From: Magallana gigas
Taxonomy: Eukaryota
Length of the DNA: 64,000 bases
Direction of reading: 5' to 3'
NCBI RefSeq assembly: GCF_963853765.1
Contig: NC_088855.1
Span: 21,390,001-21,454,000, forward strand
Under the pieces are notes generated by a model that saw only the letters and a list, made by a program, of their open reading frames with translations, was not told the origin of the DNA and ran no database searches. Positions 25,842-38,543 of the stretch are shown here, piece after piece (position 1 is the first letter of the stretch; the number at the start of each line of letters is the position of its first letter). Position numbers and translations under genes: made by a program.

Positions 25842-28800
25842 ATGGATCAGATCCACAAGGACGCCCTGCGCCGCACACGTGTGGCGCTTGTTAAAGATTT
25901 GGACGTGAACAACGTTTGTGATGAGCTTTTGAGCCAGGACATTTTCACTCAGCTTATGATGGAATATATCATGGTGAGTTGTGACTGTGTTTTCACGTGT
26001 TTCATGTCAGTGTAATTAAGTATTTATTATTAGACAACCCCGAACCCTACATTGGCCCAATTTACGGTATACGCCTTCTGATTTTCATTAAAATTAAACT
26101 ATAAGTTTAATGATACATAGTTAATTTAATCATAAGTTAATTTTTAACTTATGATCTCTTAGCCATTTTAACCACAAGTTATATATTCTACTGATTTTCA
26201 TCACACGTCATCTTTACTGGACATTAGCCTATTATCTTTTAAACAGTCGGAACGTACACGCATTGACAAAGTTCGCCGCCTCTTAGACGATTTGGTAAGA
26301 AGAGGGCCTGACGCTTACCTTAAGTTTCTTGAAGTTTTAAAAAAATCAGGATACCCATTCCTAGCTGATCAAATTGTTAAAAATGAGGAAATTCTTCGAA
26401 GAGAGAAAGAACCTTTTTCTTCTATACCAATTCAAGCAACCAATCAGACACGAGAAGAAATCCACCCAGCCTCAAGACCATGGTCAAGGAAAATCACAGC
26501 AACGCAATCTTCCTTTGTTGGGAGTCAAAATTCAAATTCAAATTCCTCATCCACGGAATCATTTGGTTCCAGCTCAATGACATACAGCGGACCTTCTGGA
26601 TTCTCTCTTCCCATGTCTAGATCAGAGCCTTCTCGTCTCAACCCTCAGCCCAGAGGTTTGGCTGTTGGTGAAATGGGTAAGTGTTGGGCGCAAATAGAAT
26701 AAGTACCATCCAATCCAGATATATAATAAGAAAAAATGTGTTTGTGAAATTCTTTGACCAGGTTGGTGACAAATTTCCACAGAAGGAATTTAAGATTTTT
26801 TGAATGGTAGTGATTGAGCCTTCATCTCTAGACTAACCTTGATTTTTCTCTTGGCTAGATATGAAGTCTTTATGTTGTAAATTCACAAGATATGGTGAAG
26901 GTTAAAATTACAAATGCCAGTAGACTGAAAGACAAGTGGACATACCTACCAAAAACCATATGTCTACCACTCATGAACACTCAAAAATGCCCAAACAGTT
27001 TTTTTCTCAAATCTATATGCATACCCCATACCTACAATTGTTTATAATAGATAATTTAATAAGCTGCTGATATTCATCTTTATACAATATCTTATATAAA
27101 TATAATTTAAACCTGTATACACTTGTTAGATTTGTGATGATCTATAATGGTTAATAAAATCGAAAGTAACCTATAGGTCCGATGGGCTGGGTGCTTAATA
27201 CATGTATTTAGTCCAGATTTGTATAATATTATAATTATAATATTGGTATTAAATGGAACAACTGTTCACAAAATGCAGATGTCACTATGATAGATAGGGT
27301 GATTTCACCATGGATCGGACACCTTTGAGTTTTTCCCTTTGTTCATGCATCAAATATCGTCCAAATAAAAATAAAACTTGTTTTAAAAGTTACAGGTTTT
27401 CCTCTTGTTTAATTATTGGAGAAATAATTGTGAAATTGTTAAAAATGTAGAAAATAAAGCAAATTAATGAAGTGTTGAACTATTTCACCATGGATCGGAC
27501 AATATTTACCAAGCTTCGGACAGCTATACAGTACTGAATAGAGATTAAAAATAACAGTTTCTGGTTTTAATGCAAAAATACAAAGGTTCAGAAAAAATAA
27601 ATTCATTCAATTGCTATTCAGATATCTTTTCATGTAAATCCTCAAATCTACATATAGGAATTTAGACTAGTGCTTCTGTTTATAGGAATATTTATCATGA
27701 GGGGTTCTTTATCATGCCAGCTCCGACAGGAACTTTGGACTAAAAAGGCGTTGTCCGTAAAACTCGAATTTGAAGTGGTCTGAAGAAAATGTTTGTATCA
27801 ATTATTTTTTAAATATTAATTTTACTTCAAATTTAAAGAATATCACAAGGAATGGGCACATAATCTCCTTATTATTAGATGAAATCATGCACTGAAAACT
27901 GTCCGATGCATGGTTAATTTGTGTCCGATCCATGGTGAAATGAACATATGGAGTGAAAATGACCTTGACATTAATTGTTCAAATTTCTTGGACTTATTTT
28001 AATCAAATTTTGTTTCAAAACTTACTTCTTTCTAATTATTTTACGCAGAGAGTGCATTGTCACCAATTTCCAATCAAATGCACAACATTCAAATCATGCT
28101 TTAGTGTAAAATCTTCGTAAATAAATTTTCAATGATGGCGTATTTCACGTCATTTTACGACACCTATATTGCTATTTTTTTGACAATGTGACAGTCAAAT
28201 TCTTAATAATGATAAAGTTCATTAGTTCTAATTCAGGAATATACGAAACAACACATGAGCGCATGTACATTTATTTGTATATTTATTACCAAAGTTGTCC
28301 GATCCAAGGTATGTGTCCGATGCATGGTTAACTCACCCTACTTATTTATATTGATTATGAAATTGACAAACAAGCATATTGCTGCCTTTGTATCAGTAAT
28401 TGTTGTTGACAGTAATTACCTGGTATCAAACATACATGTACCTACTTGTTATGCAATTTAACATACATATACCTACATGTTAAGCAATTTGACATACATG
28501 TACTTACTTGTTAATAAGATTTACATTGAACTTACGCTTGTATGTACTTTTGATTGATTGGGGAGAGGTGGGCAGGGGCTGCATCACATATATATGTTAA
28601 CAGGTGGTGAAAAGTCAAGTCTCAAACAGAACTCCAACCCAGGGCCTCTGGCATAAACAAACATTCTTAGGATTATGTATTTGTACCCATCATGCAAAAA
28701 AGGAAAGATGAAATAAAAAAAAAAAACCTACCTACCATACCTAATTTTTTCATCAGTGTTACTCTAAACACACAGTTTTTTCTTAGGCCTATCCTCAAGA

Positions 28801-29130
28801 ATTTGTATAATATATCGCCTATTGGTTTATTGATAGTGATTGTTCATCATTGTTTCAAATGACGAACACATTTTTTATAATCTGGCTGTTAATACATTAA
28901 TTACTGAATATAAGATATGTATGGTATATGAGATATGTTATTTCTAACTGACAGAATATGGAGCTGTAGAATCTAGTGAGGATGACACACTGGATTTAAC
29001 TGGTTCCCAATTAAATCCATCCAGCATGGATGTTGATGAAAACGATTCCAACATTGGTAGTATTGACGTAGAGGCTTTGTTAAGAGGTATTACAAATGTA
29101 CTACAAAACACCACAAAATGAGTCAAAAAA

Positions 29131-29185
<55 letters not shown>

Positions 29186-32100
29186 TCTTTTCATGGGAAA
29201 GACTTGCCTTAATGCCTGAGAAACTTTTCAAAGAACTAACAGTATTGTACATTGAAGCTCTATTATTCCTCAAGATGATTATTTGTGGCGATCTATGGAC
29301 ATGGTCCCTGAGCAGGCTATATCTATGGTCATAAAGATATGGTTTCTTAATTTTGTGTTTTGAAAGAGTCCTCAAAATATCCTGTTCAGCCCTCAGAAGA
29401 TGGGAATCGTCCATATAGTTTGGGACCAACAACAATGACCTCTAGATACAGCTCACTAAGTATCTCTAGATACAGCTCACTAAGTATCGAAAAGGTACGT
29501 TTGAATTATTGCATTTTTTAGATCTCCTGTACTTTTCTTTGTAAAATTATGATAGGTATATTGATAATGATTTTTTATGTAAAATTACTGGTAAATCTGC
29601 TATTTCATCTACACAATGTTTATTGTGAAATTTTTTCTATGCTACATGTATTTGCTCAGTGTGAATGGTCATTGAAACTATTCACAGGAAGCTTTAGATT
29701 TCCTTTGCTTTTTATGTTGGAATCTTCTGGTATTGTCATGCAGACTCACTTGAATAGACTACATTTTATTCAAAGTTAGATAACTCCAGCTTGTCTACTA
29801 TCAACAAACTCAGCATCATCAGAAATTAAATTTTTTGAGTATAAAGATATACCGGTACCTATTTAGTAACACTGATTATTCAGATGATGGCAAGTTTATT
29901 ATATTTCAAATTGAAAAATTTTTGCATCACAATAACTTCATTTGAATAATATTGAAAAAAGATCTAATTGGTGCGATCATGGTTAAAGGAACTGATGAAA
30001 AGAATATATGATTGTTTCAAAATATACTTCATTGCTTATAAATAGATGTTAATCATAGTATTAATCAATAAAATCTAAAACTATTTGTAAATGAAATGTA
30101 AAAATGTAAATTTCATGTTTTTAATATACTTATATATCAGCCATTAATGTTAGACATTGCCCTTACCAAAATGAATTGTTTGCAGCAAATTTGTCGCAAA
30201 TTTTCGGCAAACTGATTAGTTTACCAGAAAACTTTATAACTTGTTTGCCGATCATTACCAGTAGTAGCAAACTTCTGGTAAACCTCTTATATTTTGCCAG
30301 AAGTTTACCAGACTTTTGGCAAACTCTTTAAAATTTGTCAGAAGTTTACCACAAACTTTTCTTCTTTTTTCTCTGTTTTGTTTACTTCCTGAGCTTTCCA
30401 AAGCTTTACCAGAAATAAGACTTATACAATTTTACACATTCAGCACAACTTTAAGACTGTCATACATTTATAAAGAATTGCTTTAATTTATAATTTTGTA
30501 ATTGAAATCAAGATTGATTATTGTTGGCCTTAATGTTTCAACTGTTAAACTTGCATTTTCCAGCGCTACACAATGGATTCAAAACCAAGAGGGGCTGTTT
30601 TTATTATAAACAACAAAAAATTTATGAATGATCACCATGAGCGATCTGGGACAGAGCAAGACTGCATGAAATTGAAGCTTCTTTTTGAGAAACTTGGCTT
30701 CCGGGTGTGTGTGAAAGAAGATTTGAAAAGACATGTGAGTCATCTTGGAGAATTTTATTCCCCCTTCCAGGCCCCTGCAAACAAAAGCTATAGGGGATGA
30801 TATATTAGAATCACCATTATGTCCCTTTTTATGTGTGCATGGAGAGATCAAACTTTTAAATCCATTCCATAACTTTTTATTGAAAAAAAAAAAAAACATC
30901 AGAAAGTTATTTTTTGTCAAAGGTTGGCTATCAATTCCCTTTCACCACTGCAGGAAAAAATCACATTCGTTTCTGACTGTGATTTTTATTGCCATACAGT
31001 AATAAAATAGCTGAAATTGCAATCAGCATTAATTCTTTTGAAAGTCTTTTACTCATTATAGTCAGTCTTAAATTTTTACATATTATAGTTATTAAAGAAG
31101 ATCAAAAGGACTTCCACCAAATTGTGAAGTTAATGAATCCTGGTAGCTCTTTACATGTATATCAGTATTTAATCGATGAAATATGAAAGTTGCATACTTT
31201 TTGTAGGAAATATTGAGAGAGTGTCAGGCTTTTGCAAGACAACCAATCTTAGCCGATGTTGACTCTATGGTGCTGGCAGTGCTTTCACATGGCACAGCAG
31301 ACAACATGATAAGTGGAACTGATGGAGGAGAGATTCATGTGATTAATGAGATTTGTCCCATTTTTTCGGCAAAGAATTGTCCCTCTCTGTCTCGTAAACC
31401 AAAGATGTATATCTTCAATGCTTGTAGAGGAAGTAAGTTCATCTGCATGGACCTTTTCTTCAAATTTAAAAAAAATACCTTACAGCCTCAGAGCTTTAGA
31501 AGAAACCTCCATTATATTTAATATTGACTGGGTTTGAGGGCAACTTATGATTAATTGAACCCTTTGGCAGAAATGTTTCCAAAGACTGAGAACAACAGTT
31601 TCTCTGTATGAAGATCCAACGAATAATGTGTTGTAGAATCCCAGTCAGCAATTTTTATTCAATACCAAGTGCTTCCCATGATTAGAATGTATCCAGCACG
31701 GGGGCATTAAAATCATTTCTTTTTTAATGTAGATAATGCCCCTTTACTACATGTATAATAGGTTGGAATTTTTTTTAGTAAATATAAAAGCAGACACATA
31801 GCTTCGTTTTGAAAGTGGAAAAATGGGATGGGGCAGAAAGTGGGGGGGTGGGGGGGGGGGCGAGGCAGACTAACCAAAGACTACCGGTAATATTACCTTA
31901 ACCAGTATTCAAATTAGAGTAAGGAGAATCATCTTATCATCTTCAATCAAGGGCAGACAAGTCTAGAATCCAGATGTTTGCAGAGCAATTAGGTTTAATC
32001 AAAAACAATGAAATTATTATTTTATTGCAGCACAGTTTAAAACCGTTATGACATTAGATTTCTATAATAATTGGAAATTGATCAAACTATATAACAAATG

Positions 32101-34920
32101 ATTTGAAATAATCAAAATTAAGTGAGAAGAATGTTCCATACATCATAGTAAGACTAAAGTCAAAAACGTAACAATCTGCCTGACGCTACATTTAAATTTG
32201 GTACAATTTGATGTCATTTTTAAGGTCAAATGACTGTTTTATCTACAAGTAATAGCAAGAAATCAAATCATAAGCAATGATTTCAATATTTATAAGTTTT
32301 ATACAATATAAAAAGGTGTTGGAAAGTTTATGCTTTTTAATTAACCGCTTTGCGGTATATAAAGCATAAACTGCCCTAAACCACTTTATATTGTATAAAA
32401 CTAATAAATATTGAATTCATTTCTTAAATATTAATTGGTATGAAGTCCAAGCCCAAGAGGCTTCTTAAAGGTGCGGTCACACAATGCAATTTTCCATCCG
32501 ATTTTAAATCAATATGCTCAGGTAAGTTTATTGGAGTTGATTGCATGTTGAGGTGGTCACACGATACAATTTTACAATCGATTTTTGATTAGTTAAACCT
32601 ATTTATTATTTTTATTGTACGGGAAAAAGTCATTGTGACGTCACAATTTCACCAGAAAGTCGATTGAAAATAGGATGCACTTTAGATTTTCAATCGACTT
32701 AAGATTTTAATTGCTTTCAACTTTCGACATAGGTGATCATACGGTACGATTTTAGTCGAAAGGAATCGGATGAGAAAATCTGATGGAAAATCATATCGTC
32801 TGACCGCACTTAAGAGATTTGGTCATGTACCAACCAAATTTATCTCTTGTACTTTTAGATGTTGTTAATTATTTATATTCACCGGTATGTTTGAGCACGT
32901 TTAGAATGCCAAATTGTTCAGAATTACGAATATAACTGTGTTTTTACATGTATGTTTGTAATGAAACATTTATTATGAGGTAACATATATATCATTGATA
33001 AAACCTCATGACCTGTGAAAAAGTTCATACAAAAATGAATATTTTTGTTCCTCTTTAAGTTCATGAAGTTTTGTTTGTGTAAATTTCAATTGAATACTTT
33101 CAAAACATCGTGATATAATTTCACTAATAAATTAACCTTGAAATAAATTTTAAAACATACGGAATTCTTTTCTAATTATGAATTATATAGTTTAAATACA
33201 TAGAATATTAAGCTGATTGGTTTATGATAATAGGCATGGAATTCAATTGTTAATGAAAAAAGTGGAAGTTTTAAAACAAATCCCTACAAATTTTTTTAAT
33301 GTACAAATTAAAACTCATTACATAAAAAAATATGCTCCCTTAGAAATCATTAATAAGAATTTTTTCTTCACTCTTTAGACAAAACTGGCCATTCAATCCT
33401 AAATCTTTCCCAGAGTATTCAACGAGATGAACTTCAAAAGGATGGACTTAATGTTGCCGGAGAATCCCAAGTTTTGGATACACAGGACATTCTTCTGTGT
33501 TATTCTACTTTTCCAGGTAAAAAACAAAAATGTGTGGTACATTTTACATATCTACATATACTAAGTACCGGGTAAGTAAGAAAAGTGTCATAAACATTAT
33601 ACTCTGAAGGGATCAATTGAATCAAAAACCAAGTATACACATCTATAAGCAAATGATTAAGAGTTCACCTTGTACATGTATGCATTTCAAAAGTGACTAC
33701 TTAATGGAGTTGGTGGTAAGTCACTGTTACTAAGGGTTCCTTTGTTTTTTTTATTAGGATACACATCCTACAGGGATACAGAGAAAGGCAGTTGGTTCAT
33801 TCAGGAGTTTGTAGAAGTATTTCAGGAACAGGCTGATGGAGAACATGTATTGGATATGTTAACTGAAGTATGTACTGGATATGCATCAGAGCTCTCAGTA
33901 CTTTGTATTCAAAATTGGGAATTGTTTTCAAAAGGGATTATTTTTTGTATTTTAGATTTAAAAAGAATAAATAATGAAGCTGTCTATCAAAGTTAAGATA
34001 TTGCAAAAGCATTAGGAAAGAGTTCAAGGGGTTGTAACAGTTTGTAAAGTTATCTTCCCTTGCTTGTTAATATTTAATGATTAATCATTTTAAAAAAAAT
34101 GTGATTAAGAAGTTGTATGATTAAAGAGGTACCCAAGTTTTTTTTAAATCTAAAATAAAACAACTAAAACAGTTTTTGAACTTTCTCAATAAGCAAATAG
34201 ACTTGTCAAAAGTTATCAATAATTGGCTAGCTAAAATCACTGATAAGCAGTAAAATGATTTTTGCATGCATAAATGTCAGATGGTGATGTACTAACATAG
34301 GTTGACTTTTGAAATACAATGTATTGCAAAGCTGAGGCTTGAGAAGTTAAAAAAAGAAGAAGAGAGATTTAATTGTTTTTTTTTGGGGGGGGAGGGGGGG
34401 ATTTGCATTTGAATGCCCAAGGGGGAGAGTTTCTGTGTGCCCCCAGAGGATGGGGATAAAAGGTTACCGGTATTTTAAATAAAATATGTATTCTAGCCAT
34501 CTTTCTTAGTCTATTTATGAAAACATACACATAAACCTATCTTGAAAGTTAACAATTATGGGAAATTTAACGATCAGTCTTGCACATTTTAAATATCAGC
34601 TAGTTCATGCACTCTCTTATGATCTATAGGTTTTTCACCAAAATTCATAGGTTTCATAGTCCTCTTTGAAAGATTTTAGGCAGGAAGATGGTTGTCATAA
34701 CTATATCTTTTTTTTTTTTACCCCAAAATGAAACTTCATTAAATGCAGGTCTAGTTGTATAATTAATTAAACTTTTTTCCAACAGATAAACAACAGAGTT
34801 GGCCAGAGGAAGCATAAGGATGATTCATCAGAGGCCACATGTGTGCAAATGCCATTTCCTGCATCCTCCTTGATGAAGAAATGGTTCTTGAATCCTCCTC
34901 CAGTCTTGAACATCAACTGA
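25842..34920 (+). CDS. CARD-containing initiator caspase (caspase-2/9-like), about 533 aa, 9 exons: 25842-25973, 26247-26676, 28955-29086, 29367-29494, 30564-30734, 31207-31432, 33379-33516, 33758-33867, 34786-34920
   Basis: All junctions are GT-AG and phase-consistent (1602 nt). Motifs: YTMDSKPRGAVFIINN, ERSGTEQD, LSHG (catalytic His), FNACRG (catalytic Cys), GYTSYRDTEKGSWFIQ, CVQMP. Exons 3 and 4 (linker) are less certain. Confidence 0.9.
27300..28330. mobile_element. Probable DNA-transposon remnant in caspase intron 2, with repeated and inverted (t)ttcaccatggatcggaca motifs
   Basis: Motif forward at about 27302 and 27483; inverted or variant copies at about 27900-27940 and 28297-28330. 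Boundaries are approximate. Confidence 0.5.
29130..29180. repeat. (CT)n microsatellite in caspase intron 3
   Basis: Directly visible. Confidence 0.95.
32465..32813. mobile_element. MITE with TTAA-flanked GTGCGGTCA(C/G)AC terminal inverted repeats
   Basis: ttaaaggtgcggtcacac ... gtctgaccgcacttaa. Confidence 0.65.
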
Positions 34921-35035
34921 GCAATCTATGTTACTTAAAGGACACCCCATTACTTCTACTTCTTATGATAGTTTGTTACAACATGGGAATTTTAATGTAT
35001 TGTGAATCAGTTTGTATTGCCACAATTTAGTGCCT

Positions 35036-35110
35036 ATCTCTGTGGCACAATGGGTGTACCTTCAGTCTACCATTGCCCGCAGATCCCGAGTTCGAATACT
35101 GCAGGGACTT
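35036..35110 (+). repeat. tRNA-derived, SINE-like head; related copy inverted at about 42670-42740
   Basis: A-box-like gtggcacaatgg, B-box-like gagttcgaatac, and a shared cccgagtt(c/t)gaatactg(c/a)agggacttta. Confidence 0.55.
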
Positions 35111-35282
35111 TAATTTTTAAGAAGAATGGTAAAATTTAAAAAGTTGATGTTTTCCCCAAAAATCGATTTTTCAAATTTCATTTTTAAGTCAAACACATGC
35201 TAAAAATCCATATCTTTTAGTAATTCAGAAGAATGGGCTATAAAGCCTGAATGCAGAACTTTTCCAGGTGTGTGGAGGACAC

Positions 35283-35611
35283 TTAAGGTGGTATGGGACA
35301 TCTATTAATATTAATATAGGTTAAAGTACATTATAAATGAAATACTTTCACCAGTTTAAAATTTTTAAATGTTGTAACCTAAAAAATATGTTTTAAAACT
35401 TTTGAAAAAATAAAAATTTCAAAATTCCCAGCTGGATTCAAACTCAAGATTAACAGTTCCATATATATAGTGATTCCTCTAGCCCTCTGAGACACCTTGT
35501 AAGGCAACACATTTGGGAAAGAAACATTTATAAAAATTTCTCTTGATTTTATTGTTTATTTTATTGTATAAATAATATGTCACAACATGGAGGCGTCCCA
35601 TAATACCTTAA
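35283..35611. mobile_element. Kolobok-like non-autonomous element (TTAA target duplication, GG termini)
   Basis: ttaa-ggtggtatgggaca ... tcccataatacc-ttaa. Confidence 0.65.
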
Positions 35612-38543
35612 TACATGTACATAACACAACTCATCATACATGTATATATATACATCTGTGAATTCTAGGCAAAAGATTCCTGCAGTTGTTCCTCCTATGA
35701 TTTGATACGGAAAAATTCATAGATAACATGCAAATATGTGAATTGAATTTCATGTACAAATACAATGCATGTATTTTGAATTTATTATTGAAATAAAGCA
35801 AAACAATAGACTTTTAAAGTAATTTAAAAATAAAAGACTATAGTATTATTATAATTTTTACTCTAATAAAACATGCTTTTTTCACATGAAATCTACACAA
35901 GGCTTTGGTATATACGATGCATGTACACATACAAGTAGCTAAATGATAACTGAGTTATTGTTTGATTTAAAAGTTAATATTTTTAAACATTTCTATAGAA
36001 TTGAATATACAAATTTGGCAATAATGAAATATAGCCATTTGTTGAAAGACTGTGTTTTGGTACTTGTAATACATGACATTCATGTATCGCATACCGGTGC
36101 ATTATTAATTTATGTATTGATATGATGGATTCTTTCGTTATATGTAGTACACTTTACAATCAGAGATAATGACCTGATCATGTATGCCATTCCAAGCATA
36201 GCTGCTGACTTTTAATGTTTTTTTTATTTCATTAATTATTGTCTCTTAAAATGTGCAGATCTAGAAAGGGGCCACGGGTCTAAACACCTCCTGAAAAATT
36301 CAAGCTTTTTCAATTTATACATAGTAAAATTACGGTACCAAAAATAATACCTGAATTGGACCACCCAACCTTGTTAAAATTCTCTGGATCCGCTGATGCT
36401 TACCATGTGTTTTCTGAGATATAACAGTCATGCTTTTAATATGTTTCACTGTACATGTAACAGAGTTGTTTTACCTCTCATTCCACACAAAGGTTATTCC
36501 ATGCATTCATATGTACAAGTTTAGAAGACAGATTTTAACCAATTCTTAAGTACCTTGTACAATGAATATACAGTGTATCATTGTACTGGATAATGATTTT
36601 ATTCTTTTATGTCAATATGTTAGTTGTAAAATTATTTACAGATATTTGATATTATATGGTAGTACACCGAATGCAGGATAACATATATAAATGGACAATA
36701 TTTGCTGTCATATAAAAGTAAAATTATTGATCATGGGGAAAAGCTGATAGCAACTTTAGAAGCTATATGAAGCTTCCTCTATGATCTATGTACCGGTACC
36801 ATATCATAAACACATGTAAAATCCATTACATATGCATATTGCTTTTCAGATTTTGCTTCGCTATTGGAATCATTCATTTCTTATTTATATACATGTATAT
36901 ATATATATTTGTGAGATATCGATAGGAGATCTGGTTATCCATTGGTTATGTGTTAGCTAATATAGGTAATACATTTCATTCTAATTCTTGTATACACATA
37001 TGCTTGTACTTTACAATCATTGATCAGAGAGACTGTGCACGTAATTACTGCATATAAGCTTTGCTCATTCTATAATTTATTCTGGTTGTTTATAAGATTG
37101 AGTGAGTTGGTATAACCACAGTGGTGGGTTCATTTGTTTTTCTTGATGGTTTGAAAAACCAAGTCTCAATTTACACATGTACATTATATAACAAAATGAA
37201 ACAAAGGAAGAACCAAGACCCACCTCTGTAATGTACACTGCATTTATGAAAATTTCATGTTTTTTCTATCATCGAAAAATCATGTCATAAAAATTGGTTG
37301 AAACTGCTATTAGAATATTACATGCATTATGATTAAAATTATACTGTTATATTGTGTCATTATGTTTCCTAGAAAAAAAACACCTCTTTAATCTAGCACA
37401 TGATGTTGCTGGTAAAAGCAAATAAAGTTATCATGCAAAAATATTTTCTTATTTGTTATATGTTCCTACCAACTTTCAATCCTCAGCCCATAAAGAAGAT
37501 GGGGAGATAAGATATGCCCATTTGGATTAGTTGTAAAATATAATTTTAAAATTTTTGCAACTAAATCTACTTGATAATGAATGTTGTAATACAGGTTTGC
37601 AAACGTGCAATTTCTAACTAAATTCAGTTTTAGATATGCTTTAAGATTTGGTGGTATCTAACCCATGACTTAATAAGCTGGTTCTCTAATTTAGATATAC
37701 AATGTACTTGTATTTGAATTAAATTTAAATCAAAAGAATTTTATGTAGGTGTTTTACAAAGCTATATATCCTTTTTGTCAGAGTTCTTATGGAAAATACA
37801 ATAGATAAAATGAACAAAAATAATAAAAGGATTCATTATGTGTTTGATTTTGTGGAGAAATGGTATATGTCACAAACGCAGTGAATTAAAACCACCATGA
37901 TAAATTTCACATTCTACAATATATGAGGCCATAACATTAAAAAAATGAGGTCACTATGACCTAGCTGCTTTTGGGTGTAAAAAAACCTTTTCAAAAAAAT
38001 TCATCAGCTGACCATATATTAAGAATGGAGGTTCTAAGCCTCACATTGCTGTAGAAATGATCCAGACATGATTTTGAGCATGTGCAGGTAAAAGTGTAAC
38101 ATGTTTTGGGACACCCTGTACAATAAGATTCCACAATTAGGCCAACATGACCTAGCTTTTTTTCAATTGTGACACACCTCTCTAAAATATGCATCAGCTA
38201 ACCAGGTTCAATCATTCTAGGCACAGTACCAGTGTAAAAGATATGACTTGGGCACAAAAAAAAGCTAAAAGGATGCAGATGTCAAAAGACATGCTATAAA
38301 ATGCAACTTCATTAATTTCACTTTTATTATACGCAAAACATAGTACATGTACAATGTAATTACAAAATAATGTATCACAGATTCAATCACACCAATTACT
38401 TCTTTCACTAGGATTATTATTGGTGTGGTACCAGTATATATGCAGTTGGACACAACTCGTAATTCTTGCATTTATGATTTTGCTGCCACCACTTAGCTTC
38501 ATCATGACCTCAAAGAATTTTCCAAAGCATATGCCTTGCTTAT

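Noticed and set aside
29271-29340. Candidate extra caspase linker exon (DDYLWRSMDMVPEQ...)
   Set aside because: No donor in the phase needed to join the next exon, and read-through hits a stop
28944-29435. 163-aa minus-strand ORF with an ER repeat
   Set aside because: Antisense to caspase exons 3-4. The ER run is the CT microsatellite.
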